This document shows, in pieces, positions 12,421 to 24,829 of a DNA stretch of 60,776 bases. Origin of the DNA: Octopus bimaculoides (lineage: Eukaryota). Location of the stretch: positions 19,028,843-19,089,618 of the forward strand of contig NC_068982.1 of the NCBI RefSeq assembly GCF_001194135.2. The letters run 5' to 3'. The position numbers were made by a program, and so were the translations under genes. Positions within the stretch are counted from its first letter, which is position 1. Every line of letters starts with the position of its first letter. The notes below the pieces were generated by a model that was not told the DNA's origin, did no database searches, and was given only the letters and a program-made list of their open reading frames with translations.

Positions 12421-14630
12421 TACTGCTAGGAATTGTGCTTAACCTAACTTTGTTGTATTAATACACTGCTTCTTTAGGGTATGTGTCAAGAGGGATATCA
12501 GATATTTTGGAAATGTGGGTGGCGTTTTGATGGTTTAAATTCGCCCGTCAATTACTATTACATAAATTATGGCAATTGTGAACGAAAATACAGAACGTAA
12601 ACACACGCGTCATTTGAAATTAAATATATGTCAGTTTACTACTGTGAAGGACATAATGATCCCGGAGTTTTTTGAAATATTATCAATACATTGTACGTAT
12701 AGAAGTTTGTTACTTCTTACATTTCACTTCTAGCCCTAACCTCCTCCTTAATATTACTATTAAGAGAATGCAAGAGTTAGTTATTTCAGGCTGCCAAAAT
12801 CTCTTTTCAGCTTGCATAACTATAAATAGAATTACGTATAGTATTTCTGCTTCTCGCTTCGCCAAAATATATTCTAGGTGAGCATATAAAACGTATGCAG
12901 CAATGTATATCTTTCCTATTACTCTTATTATCATTGTTCTCGCCTGTTGATATTCTTCTTTACTAATTGGACAGTCGTTTCACTGAGTTTAACTGACCTT
13001 GTTTCTCTAGTAAAAACGTATACACACTTCCAACATACCAAAATTATAGCACTCAAAATGTTTCAGAAAATTCCGTTGTGACTTATAACTAAATTCCATT
13101 TGGTTTCGTTTCGTTTCCTGGTTTTTCACTTGTGCTTCATTATCTTGGAAATATTCTATATCATTCAGTGAAAATAGTGTCAATAAGTAGATGTATTATC
13201 ATGGTAGTGAGTTGCCAACTAACGTGCTGCACTACGGTTACTAAATACACAATGGATGGTACAGAACTATTTATTTAAATTGTTGTTCTTCTCATATTGC
13301 AAAAGCCAGCATCAGTAATAAAATATTATTAATCAATTCATTCTCGATAACGTGTGTAAATTATATTCTAAATTCTTACAAGAACACACGGTGTAAATAG
13401 TATCTATTACAGAATCAAATGTAAATAGGATCACTCTGAATCTGTTCAGTTATCCTAATGCAAAAGTAGAGGAACTTCTTAACTAATGTCTCTTCAGTAA
13501 GTATTTATTACCTTTATAATACTTTCTTCTAAAGGAAATCTGTTCGAGATATTTTGAAGGTATGTGTACGTATATGAAATATATTTTTAGTGTTATTCAT
13601 CGTCATTGTTAGTCCGATCTGCGATACAAATAAACTGGAAATATTTCGAAGGCACTAACGAAATAAAAATATTAGAATAGTACATGGAAATTTATATCCC
13701 AAATTCTTTTTAGTACAAAGAGACAAGGATTTTCACGTCTTCTAGTTATATTCAATACAGTCAAATGAGGTATTTTAGAGTAGGAATGTCAATAGTATAA
13801 AACAATTAGGGTCGGCATGAATAAAATTCTGGACAGGGAAATGATGAAATGCGTTTCACCAGTAGTAAAGCCGCGCACACGTTTATTTTGATTCTCATGA
13901 TGGAATATTAAATGGAGGAAACAGGAAGCAAACAAACAAATGAAGAGAAATGACATGTAGATAGACAAAAGAGATTATACGTCAAATAGATGAAGATTTG
14001 CGTGAAATCATAGTCCTTGTTTTATGCGATTTCCTGTTGTTAATTTTGCAACAACGTAAAATTGCAAGAAAGAAAAAAAAAACACTATAAATATCTAATA
14101 TATAAATTCTGATTTTATGCCATTAACTTAGAATGTGGTGTGTATTTCACAGCTAACAGTAACATGCTGGAATTATTTATTCACGACGTAAATACTCTCA
14201 ATAAATGTGTGAGGAAAACAAGACATCTATAAGCATCGCTATTTGGAATTATCTAAGCAGTGTTCAGCGTTTATTCCACTAATTTTGAATATAACAGATG
14301 AAACTATGTGAACGATGTGTACTTTTTTTTCGAATGAAAAATTGCTTCAGATCTGAACAAGCATTGATATCGTCAAATGCAGAAATACACCCAACACTAA
14401 TACAGATAACATCTATAATTTGAAACCAAATAAAATCATTGATAAGCAATTTAACTGCTTGGTAAGTATTTAAACCACAACGCGCTTCAACTCCATACAG
14501 ACCGCACAGCAAGAGAGATTTTATATGGTTGTTCAACTCACTAGAAACAGGAGCCGTCTCACTCTAGTTATATGCCACGGTCTCTATAAAACTGGTATAC
14601 TAGATTTCTTTAGCTAACTGTTTTCTATAG

Positions 14631-14683
14631 AACAAAAACAAGACAGTGGAGACATACAAGGAAACCTAACGAAAACAAACATG
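14631..14683 (+). other. Candidate 53-nt exon ending exactly in a start codon (5'UTR plus ATG), gene unidentified
   Basis: Acceptor TTTAGCTAACTGTTTTCTATAG with CTAAC branch motif; ACAAACATG context; donor GTGAGT at 14684. An upstream donor TTG|GTAAGT at 14462 would define a 169-nt intron. TATAAAA lies at 14585-14591. Confidence 0.5.
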
Positions 14684-16085
14684 GTGAGTCGTTAGACCAG
14701 AACGAGACAGAAATATTTTCTTTCAGAAGAGAAAAGATAAAATAGAGAGACAGAAAACGTCTAGGACTTAGAACGTCGTGCAGAGAAAGAAAGATGCTCA
14801 CGTGAGGAGAAGAAAGATGGTGACGTATGAGCAACGAGAGAGACAAAAAGAGAAAGAGGGGAGAGAGAAAGACAGATAGAAAACGGTGAAGGGGAGAAAA
14901 TGGAAATTAGAGAAGGATGGAAGAGTATAAAGTAGAGTCGCATCAAAAAGGTTAAGATAAACTAAGATTCCTGGGCGTTCAATTAATTGAACGCCACGCA
15001 TCCATTTCTGAGGAAATTATATATATATATGTATATATATATATGTGTGTGTGTGTGTGTATGTATCCTTGTACTTGTTTCTGTCATTAGAGTGCAGTTA
15101 TGCTCGGTCACTGCATTTAGGGATTCGGTGAATTATATGGACCCCAGGGCTGTTTGCGTTTACTATGTTGTACTTAATCTGTCGATAAAAATTTTGCTCC
15201 CTCCTCCATATACGCCCGACATTGCATATTCATATTTACCCTTGGTTCGGTCTCTTTGTAATTCATTGACTAGAAGACGGACCTTTATTACATATTCAAT
15301 GAGTGACATATGTCTAGATATGAATTTGTATGCATGTTTGTATTCTTCTCAGTCGTATTGAAATGTATTCAACAAACTTTTGATCCAACAAATATATAAT
15401 ATTTCTCCTGCAACAAACTTATGAAATTCTATCCCTTTCCTTGAGTCTACACCAAGCTCCATTCCAACTGTATTCAGTCTAATATTCGAAAATTAGAAAT
15501 TATAACGCTTCAGAGATTGCTAAATTAAAATCTCTACACCCATGTGTGTGCTGTATCTTCTGATATCCAGCGGGATTTATTGTTGTCTTAAGATAAATTA
15601 CCTTAGAATTTATATTCTTAGTGAAAGGATATGACCCAACCTTTATATTTTTCTGAACGTCATTAACGTTTCTTCAGCCATATGCATTGGAAAGTCATCA
15701 CGTTATACACCGGACACATGCGTTGTGTTTATACGTATACGAGGGGGAAAAAATCAATTTTAAAGTAAAACCATCTGCCTTAGCGAGCGAAGACAAATTA
15801 TACTGTGAAATATTTTAATTTGTAAGCTTTTAAACCCAGTTTAATTATTCTGAAGTACGGAGACGAGTTACAGACGTGGAACCTTTCTTTGTGCCATAAT
15901 TAGCAAATTCACAATTCATCTACTTTGAAAAAGAAAATAATGTCAAGCTATTATAATACATAATTATTGCAAGGCATTACATTCTATTAATGAGTAATAA
16001 TGCTTTTAAAACATTCGTTCCTTTCGCAAGATTTCTTAAAATCGATGCATACACACATGCGCGCGTGAGCACACACACGCGCACG

Positions 16086-16124
<39 letters not shown>

Positions 16125-16145
<21 letters not shown>

Positions 16146-16270
16146 ATGATATATATATATATATATATAATGATATATATATATATATATATAATGATAT
16201 ATATATATATATATATAATGATATATATATATATATATATAATGATATATATATATATATATATAATGAT
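16125..16270. repeat. 24-bp minisatellite, about 6 copies of (AT)10-AATG, preceded by (CA)n
   Basis: Regularly spaced AATG interruptions in the (AT)n tract; visible as IYIYIYIM x6 in the ORF track. Confidence 0.95.
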
Positions 16271-17241
16271 ATATAAATGTAAGGTCCAAAGATCTAAGTG
16301 TAGAAAGTTAGTAAGCTTCGAGCAGTCCGTAGTAAGTACAAAACAAGTTTCAGGAACGATAATAATTCATTGGCGTAAAAGATTTTTCCCATATCGAAGT
16401 TCGATAAGCTGTAAAAAGTTATTGTTCTAGTTCACGGTTAGCGTGTAGGGTTGCTATGAAAAATCGAATTTGAGGGAGTGGAACAGGATAAATACAGGCT
16501 ACATATGTTTCTAACCTAGCAAAAGCTTAGAAGTAATAATTACTTAATAAGCACTACGCCACTAGCTACTGATCAACCAAAGATACCTTAGTTAAATGAT
16601 AATTACATTGACGTGAAGGTACCCCGAGATAACTCACAGGAGGTGGGATTGAAAATGAGTGGTGAATCCGGAAAAACGTGGTGATAAAACAGAACAGAAA
16701 AAAGTATGTATAAAGAAACAAAATATGGGAGTGAGCAATCGTAAAAGTTTTTTTTTTATTATTTTGGTATTCTTAGCAATCTTAGACAATTGCCAACTCC
16801 CATATTTTATTTCTTGATACATATACTTTTCTGGGTTTTTTGTGGGGTTTTTTTGTCACTCCGTTTCTCCGGCTTCACCACACATTTTAAACCACATTTT
16901 TTGCGAGTTAACACTGGATCCCTTGACGACAACGTAACCTTCGTTTGACTGGATTGCGGTGAGCGTCGCTTCCCACTAATATCTACAAGACTGAAATCAC
17001 GTGATATGGGAATCCCGGCATCCACGACAGAGAATTCTCGTCTACTGCAATCTATGCGTGTGCTTTTATGCATTCAGCGCCTATAAGAGAGGATCTCTGA
17101 ATGCTAATAATACAGAACTCAGGGTTTTACCAAGATGTCCATGTTAAGTTAGATATAAAGTTTAACTTTTGGTATTAATACTGCTTCCGATGTTTATAAT
17201 AATATTAATAGTTTTAATAATAATAATAGTAATAATAATAA

Positions 17242-17287
<46 letters not shown>

Positions 17288-17816
17288 GTTAATAAATTAT
17301 ATGTTATACACCTGGTAGTTTGCCGTAAAAAAACGTTCATTGGCTCAGTGTTCGTTGGGTATTTATTTCATTAGTGAGAAAGACGGAATATAAGAGATAC
17401 GTGAATCTTTATTAATCTCTACAATCGTTTCGATCCATCTAGCATTGCTGCCTCGCAGGTGGATTAGTGCACAACTGGGTTTGATGTATCCCTTGGTGTT
17501 GCCTTATCTTAGAGTTTATTTTCACGACATACCTCTTGAAATCCCTTGAGGAGTCACACCTACACCGTGGGATACACCAACACTATTTCTGCGTTATCTA
17601 ACTCGCGAGGGATCAATGCTAGATTCGTTGAAACCATTGTAGCGTCATCTATTCACATGGTACTTACATATCTGAATTGCTATGCTTTTCGTCGAATTAT
17701 ATTTGTCCTACAAACCTCTGCTTCACTAATTGTTACTATAATTATTATTAGTAATTATTGTTTCCCATTTTCATTTAACATACACTAAACCAAGTATATG
17801 TTTAGTATGTTTAATA

Positions 17817-18242
17817 TTTTGGCACATGGTCAGCCATTTTAGAAGAGGGAGTAAGCCGATTACATCAACACCAATGTCCAAATGGTACTTATTTTATCAA
17901 CCCGGAAATGCAGACAAATAAGGTCGCTCTTCGCGGAATTTGATCTCAACTTAAAGATGGACGAAATGCCACTAAGCATTTTGCTCTGCGTACCAAGGTT
18001 TCTGCCAGCCCGCCCCCTCGAAGTATATATTCATACTAGTTTAAAATAAAGGCACAAGGCCAGCAATTTCGGAGGAATGGGTAAGTCGAGTACTGACGCA
18101 ATGCTCAGGTGATTCTTATTGTATCGACCCCGAAAGGATGAAAGGCAAATTCAACCTCTGCAGAATTTCAATTCAGAAAGCAAAGACGTGCAAAGGGCCA
18201 CTGAGCACTTTGGCGTGCTAACTATTCTGCCAGCGAACCGTT
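17817..18242 (-). mobile_element. Two adjacent SINEs (about 17817-18017 and 18034-18242); the second has a 13-bp TSD
   Basis: Both show GGCACA.GG.CAGC.ATTT..GTAAG.CGA..CCGAAAGGATGAAAGGC..TCTGCCAGC. AAGTATATATTCA occurs at 18021-18033 and 18243-18255. Confidence 0.85.
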
Positions 18243-20099
18243 AAGTATATATTCAATATCAATATAATGTTTCAGATGGTATAAATTACATTTCCATTTG
18301 GTTCAGTTGGATTAGTAAGACACTTTTAATTCGTTCGTTTCAAAATTTTCACTATTTTACTTATCTTCGAAAATGTAGTCAATTCATAATTAACAATGCA
18401 ATCGATATTATTTTGTCATGTAAAATATAATCACTATGAGATGTAGAATTTGCAACATTGAGATGGAAATTATTTCAGTAGCTTTATTTAAATGTTATGC
18501 TAATGAAGAAAACTTAAACAGTGTATTACTGTGATATCAAAAGAACTAAAATATACTTTCACAAGTATTACATAAGACTTCGTTTCATTAAGTTACTAAG
18601 ATGGAGGATAGTATTCAAAGAGGGGTCGAGGTTCGTATCTTATGAATATTATATATGACCGACATAAAACACTATTCTTTCAAGTGGATCAATCCAGCTT
18701 TTTATATATGGCAGAGATTAAAAATTCAGATGATGCTGCTGGCCGTATAGCGAATTTTAAAACATATCTTACGTTTACGTTTTAACTTTTGTTTTTTAAA
18801 GAAAAGGCAAGAAGAAATACATTTTCTTAGTATAGTCCTGATTACGTGTGAATACATGAGGTAGTGCTCATGTTTAGAACGGCTTCACTTTTAATTTTCT
18901 ACATCAGATTTGGTCTCGGTAGAACAACAATATAAGGAACTGCACGCTGTACACGTTCACGTCTACAAATCTTAGAGTCGGTTAAATTCTTTTCCATGTG
19001 TCATTGTGGAAGCCATAGCATTATTCATGGAAACATATCATTGTCTTTGCTTTATCCCTTTCTACTGGGTGGTGATAGCTTTTATAATTACAGGCTACTC
19101 TCCCAAAATACATTCATATCACACACGCATAGAATTGTTTTTTATTCCTAATTTCTATTTAAAGCTTATGCAAGTAATAAATTGAATGAAATTTAGATTA
19201 TAAATTATTTTTCATTCCTACGTTTCTTCACATTCACATTAAAATTTCCAATGTTTGATAATTATCAAACAAAATATCGTCAAAAGTCAGCGGCGGCTGG
19301 TTGATAACAAAACTTCCAGATTCCTGGACAGATAACCTTGCAGCAAAAAGTTACACACCGTTCTATTCTAATTTCAAACTGCGGCAATAGTGACTCTGCT
19401 TTTTCAAATCTGTGTAGGCAATAAAGCAAAAATCTTTCTGTCATTCTTAAATTCATTAAATCGACTTCGAAACTGCGCTTCAAATTTCTTTGCTCATGTA
19501 CAAATAAATAAAATCGATATTACTGCAAGTGTGGTTAACGGGAGAAAATATTAAAAAAATAAATTTAATGCAATTTATTGGTTTGGTACTGAGTGGTAAT
19601 TTGACTTCTTCGATATTTATTCAAAATCGTCCCTCATTCTTTACTAGTTTCGAAATGAAATTCTTATATATTGGTATTACTCACGATTCACTGAATATTG
19701 TTTCATATACCATTTTATAGATTTTTATTGAAAATATATTTGACATCACAGTAAAGATTTCACAAGAGAATTCTTCTCTGCCTTTCACTATTCACTGCTT
19801 TCTCTCATATTTCCAACCATTGAAACCAAAATAGTTTTCATCTTTAAACAAAAATCAAATAAAAGCTACATATATATGTGTGTGCGTGTGCGTATGTGTG
19901 TGTGTATGTGTGTGTAAGTAAATGCATATTTAAAGCAAATAAAGAGATAAGTAATATTGCTTTTGAGCACTTCAAGTAAAATGACTTTCATTAAATTGTA
20001 ACACGATTACAATCAGTGATATATGAAGTAGTAACACAAAGGCACATACACACACATATATATTTGTATATGTATCCAATCTTGTATTTAGTAATATAA

Positions 20100-20665
20100 G
20101 ACTATATATAATTTTTTACTTGTTTCAATCACTTAAATGCGGCCATGTGATGGCACTGCCTTCAAGAAATATTAGTTGAATGAATCGATCACAGATTCAG
20201 CGTGACACTGAGTGTGACAGGGCTGGCCCATTGAAATACGGGTACAACAAAAACAAGAAGAAAGTATGAGAGAAAGTTGTGCTGAAAGAATACAGCAGGG
20301 TTTTAACAATAAACATTTTATCGAACGAGATTAACGTCAACGAGATTTGAACTCAAAATTTAAACAAAAAGAATTTCAGTTATTGCTACACAGATTTACA
20401 TAATACAATCATGATTTATATTATATAATCAAAAATATCTGTAGTGTGTTCATTTCTAGTCCAGGCACAAGGCCCGAAATTTTTGGGGTGGGGGCCAGTC
20501 GATTAGCTTGACCTCAATACGCAGCTGGTATTTAACTCATCGCCCCCGAAAGGATGAAAGGAAAAGTCGACCTCGGCAGAATTTGAACCCAGAACGTAAA
20601 GACAGACGAAATACCGTGAAGCATTTCACCCGGCCTGCTGATGTTTCTGCCAGTTCACCGCTTTA
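20100..20665 (-). mobile_element. SINE cluster: 3' tail (20100-20180), central-domain fragment (20190-20305) and near-complete copy (20460-20665)
   Basis: TTTTACTTGTTTCAATCA..TGCGGCCATG; GATTCAGCGTGACACTGAGTGTGACA; GGCACAAGGCCCGAAATT..CCCCGAAAGGATGAAAGG..GTCGACCTCGGC..TCTGCCAGTTCACCGC. Confidence 0.85.
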
Positions 20666-20679
20666 AATCTGTAGTTTAT

Positions 20680-21285
20680 TAGTCCTGAGTTTCTCAGCCA
20701 TTGCTGGGATTTTGCTTTGTCTATTTCCTTTGAGTTTAGTTTAACCCAGTATTTGCCATGAAGGGGTTTTCTTGCCAACGTTTTATCATGATCCGTTGCT
20801 GTTTCAGTTTTAGTTTGGATTTCAGTTGCTTTACAGCTTTTGTTGTTTCTTCTTTATCTTCGTAGTTGTCAAGTGCTATGATTTCTTTTTGGCTTTGCTC
20901 GTGTTTTGTGACTATTTGTATTAGGTTCCCTTTCTTCTGCTGAAGTAGGTATTTTTGTAGTCCAATGGTGGTTATGTTGTAATAGTTTTCTAGCTATATA
21001 CGTCCACTGCCACCTTCTGTTCGTTGTATATATAAGCTTTCCATGTCAGATTTTGGGAGATGCATCCTAAATCTTATCATAATTTTTTTGTGTTTCCCTG
21101 TGTATCTTGATTAATTTATTTAGTGTCCAGTTAAAGATATTGTAGTTGTAACATTTACTGAGACAGCTACAGTGTCCATTCCTATTATCTTGTTTTTCGC
21201 ATTGAGCTGTGTTTTCAGTATTAATCTAACTCTTCTATGATATTCTCTTTTTTCTGTCATTTCTGTGTGTTGTATCGTATCTAAT

Positions 21286-21287
<2 letters not shown>
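20680..21287 (-). mobile_element. R4/Dong-like non-LTR retrotransposon fragment (post-RT region), degenerate
   Basis: The - strand reads ELDTIQHTEM..EYHRRVRLILKTQLNAKNKIIG, then (with shifts) NW..KLIKI..RMHLPKSDMESLYIQRTEGGSG..LENYYNITTIGLQKYLLQQK and ..WQENPLHGKYW..QQWLRNSGL. This matches the MHHPKSDxxRLY..R.EGGRGL region of R4/Dong ORFs. The 5' junction sits directly on a (TAA)n array. Confidence 0.8.

Positions 21288-21341
<54 letters not shown>
21288..21341. repeat. (TTA)n microsatellite; others at about 17204-17244, 42843-42893 and 42985-43058 (switching to (TAG)n)
   Basis: Direct reading. Confidence 0.97.
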
Positions 21342-21343
<2 letters not shown>

Positions 21344-22772
21344 ATAATGTGACCTTTGATTTTTACTTAAGAAAGCAGACTCTTTTTATTGGAATTTATG
21401 CATTACGTATGTAGCCTAACATGAATTTACATGTAATGTATATGCGGGTGCACGCACGGACGTCATCGCATGTGCAAACTTGTGCTGTTAGATATATGTA
21501 CGAGCACATATATATGTATGTCTACATATGTTTTATACGCTTACTGCATAAAATGTTTCTGGAAATTTTTACACAACTTCACTTTTCTCAGCAAAGATTT
21601 CATACTATAGGATATGAAATCACAATATACTTATTTCCGTTATGTAGAAGATGGTGGCCTACAACAATTTCAAATTCTTCTTGCTTTTCATTAAAGTATC
21701 TGTAAATTTAGCACTAACGCGGAACAAAATACAGTATATTATAATCAAGTAAACGAAATAAAACATTTCGCAACACATACATCTTATATTTAATTCCACG
21801 CAGAACCGGAAAATTGAATATAACAACTTTATCAATAGAATTATAGAAAGTGCCATTAATAAACTAACCAAAAGCCCGCCCTCTGGGCGTTTTTCTACTA
21901 GTTAGTGAATTATATTTACACAATTCGGGTAAGTTTTCTGTTATTCCACCTCTAATTTTCGTTTGAATCCTTTATAGATTTATACGCTTGGTAAATTTAG
22001 TGCTACAGAAATGTATCTCGTTGAATTTGTATCATCATTACAGAGTGAAAAATGAATATTGATGATAATTGTTGCATGTACGTTTCAGGTAAAAAAAAAA
22101 AAAAGGAACTTCCATGCAGTTTACTGAAATGTAGCATTGATTAAGATTTGTCATTCATGCGTTTACTTTCTAAATTGTATTTAACTACATTGAAACTGGA
22201 ATTTATCAAAACATTTCCAAAGTCTATCCTTTTAATAATTGCTTTTATTTTTTAGTAAAAGGAACAGAATTCCTGTTAATTAATAAGATGCTTTCTACAT
22301 TATAGTGGAAATATTTCTTATAGTAGGCAAGGGATGATAGTAGTAGTTTACCTGAAAGCAATATTCAGTTCGGTGTTGACTATCCTCAATAATCCGTGTG
22401 TGTATTTCTGTAGAGTTAGGACATTTGCCCGAATTCTTGTAGCTTCGGGTTCAATAATTAGGTACGAAAATTAGCTGAGCCCCATAGAGATCAATGCTTC
22501 GCAACTGAATCATGTGTAGAGATATTACACGTGCGCGCGTGTTGTATATGTCTGTGCGTGACTTGTTTTTTAATTACACCATTCAACAAAAGTTATTTGC
22601 GTCTTCGTAGAATCCGCTAAAATACTTATGAGACTTTAAAAAATAAGTAAGGAAGTCGAATATATCAGCCAAAAGAAAAAAGATCCTTAAAGTGGAGGAC
22701 TAGCATGATAGTTGTGCAATACGATAAACCAACAAATGGGAATATGTTATCAAACAAGACAGAAGTGCAGTA

Positions 22773-23012
22773 CAGTAATCCCTCACAATATCGTGGTTCA
22801 TCTATCGCGTTCATCTATCGCGGTTTATTATTTAAGCTTTCACCTATTCCTCCGTGGTGTTGCTTTGCATTTATAATAAAATAAATATATACAAATTATA
22901 AGAATAATAAAATAAAATATACAGTACAGTTCTGTTTCTACTTCGCGAATTTTCACCTATCGCAAGGGGGTGGGGCTGGAACGTAACACTTGCGATATTC
23001 GAGGGATTACTG
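22773..23012. mobile_element. 240-bp TA-flanked MITE (pogo/Tigger-like Tc1-mariner non-autonomous element)
   Basis: TA|CAGTAATCCCTCACAATATCG (22771-22793) and CGATATTCGAGGGATTACTG|TA (22993-23014) are inverted terminal repeats with a TA duplication. The interior is AT-rich and non-coding. Confidence 0.88.
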
Positions 23013-24356
23013 TAATGTTCTTTTCACGACACTACTCTCTTCACGTGGCCAGTTTCATACACTCCTAATTTTGACCAGAATCTTGTGTTTGAGAATAGTC
23101 ATTTTAAAATCGAGCAATCTAGTATTCATTTTTTATGAAATTATATAACATGATACAGCAGAAAACTGGAACATTGAAAGTAGAAAGTCCAACGGAAATC
23201 CAAACATCTATTGATACCACTGCAAAAGACATTGTGTTAATTATGTTTTTAAATTTCTATTGAATTGCTTGATGGAATGCTCAAACCGTTTTCTATATAA
23301 TAATTGTTACTGTCACTACCTGCAGATTCTGTCTTCTGTAATTAATGTTATGATATGTTCTTTTTAATGTATTTCTCATCTTGATATACTCGCCAATACA
23401 CGCAATGAGGAAAAGCGTTGCTAAACAAAACCAAAAAAAGAGGAAATTTAACAAAATGTTATCACAGCGCTTACGGAAGTTCATAACTGAATATCTGTAG
23501 CGGTTTTAGAAACTTTTGAAAATGTGTACAGTTTACATCTCTGTCATTTTGCTATTATTTACTTTCTTCTATTTTATGGAGGTTAGTTTAAATTAAAAAT
23601 TATATCCAACTACCTATGTATATTGCTATGCATGATTCTATGTGTATTTTGTAAAGCAAGTGATTCCCATATTTGATAGGTAAAACACAAATGTGTGTTT
23701 GTGTGCTTAACTGGACTCGCGTGGGTATATTTCTGTTTGCCTCTGTACTAGTATTTATCTAATTTTCTACGGGGATAGTTATTTCCTTCATTCTCTATCT
23801 TCTTGATTAATTCTGCCAATTGCCCCCTAGGTGCCTTCAGGGGAATTCATTTACGTATATTTTTTTTTCGGCTTCCTTCTTATAAGGACCAGAAATATCA
23901 TTACACTCCTCTCATAGCATATTATCAAAATTCGGTATTCTATCCACATCTTTCAAGTATAAAACCGGTCACAAGTGTTGTGGTTATAAGTAATCCAAAC
24001 CACTAAATTTGTCGTCTTTCATAAATTCGTGCGTCACTTTCTTGCTTCTGGCAAAATATCAGCAGACAACTTCCGATGAATTTAGTAGGTTTCATGTTTT
24101 ATAAAATACACTTGCATAAGATACAAAACGAGACACGGAAACCAAGAAAGTTTAAAACAAATAGAAACTGTGATTTAAAATGTTTAATTTATAACTATAG
24201 ATATGCAGATCATCAAGTGATACACTTCAATACAACTGATGTTTCAACAATATAAATCCTAATTACAAGAGTATTCCTGTAATGTTTGTTTATGCGAAAA
24301 AGAGATGCATTGGTCGAAGCAATTACATAAATTGGATCCTTACCCTTTGAACGGCA

Positions 24357-24829
24357 CATCGAGAAATTAATTTTTTGTAACAAAACACTTTCAAATTTCG
24401 GACACTGGTAGAATGTGTCATATAAAACATCTTTTACTCTTAGTGCTGTTGAGAAAAGTTTATATTTTCAAAGTTATTTCGTGTTATTAAAGTTGTCGTA
24501 TTTCGGTAATTTCAACAAATCAATGACGTGTATTCAGCTGAATCAAATTACTGCTGTTGTTTATCAACAACAACTTCCGGTGGTGTATATTTCGTTTGTC
24601 ACTGTTATTTATGACATCGTTCGTGCGTTTGTACTGGTTTTAGCTTTAGGGTTTTAGGGTTAATGTTCGGGTTGAAATTACCGAAATACGACAACGTTAA
24701 CACGAAATAAATTTTGAAAATATAAACTTTTGTCAACATCACTAAGAGTAAAAGATGTTTTATATGACACGTTCGGCCAGTGTCCAAAGTTTGAAAGTGT
24801 TTAGTTACAAAAAAATTAATTTCTCGATG
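24357..24829. mobile_element. Foldback/MITE-like element with about 160-bp inverted arms and a 154-bp spacer
   Basis: 24357-24516 (CATCGAGAAATTAATTTTTTGTAAC..GTATTTCGGTAATTTCAAC) is the near reverse complement of 24671-24829 (GTTGAAATTACCGAAATAC..GTTACAAAAAAATTAATTTCTCGATG). No clear TSD. Confidence 0.75.

Noticed and set aside
24646-24659. TTAGGG repeats as an interstitial telomere
   Set aside because: Only two exact units, inside a foldback element.
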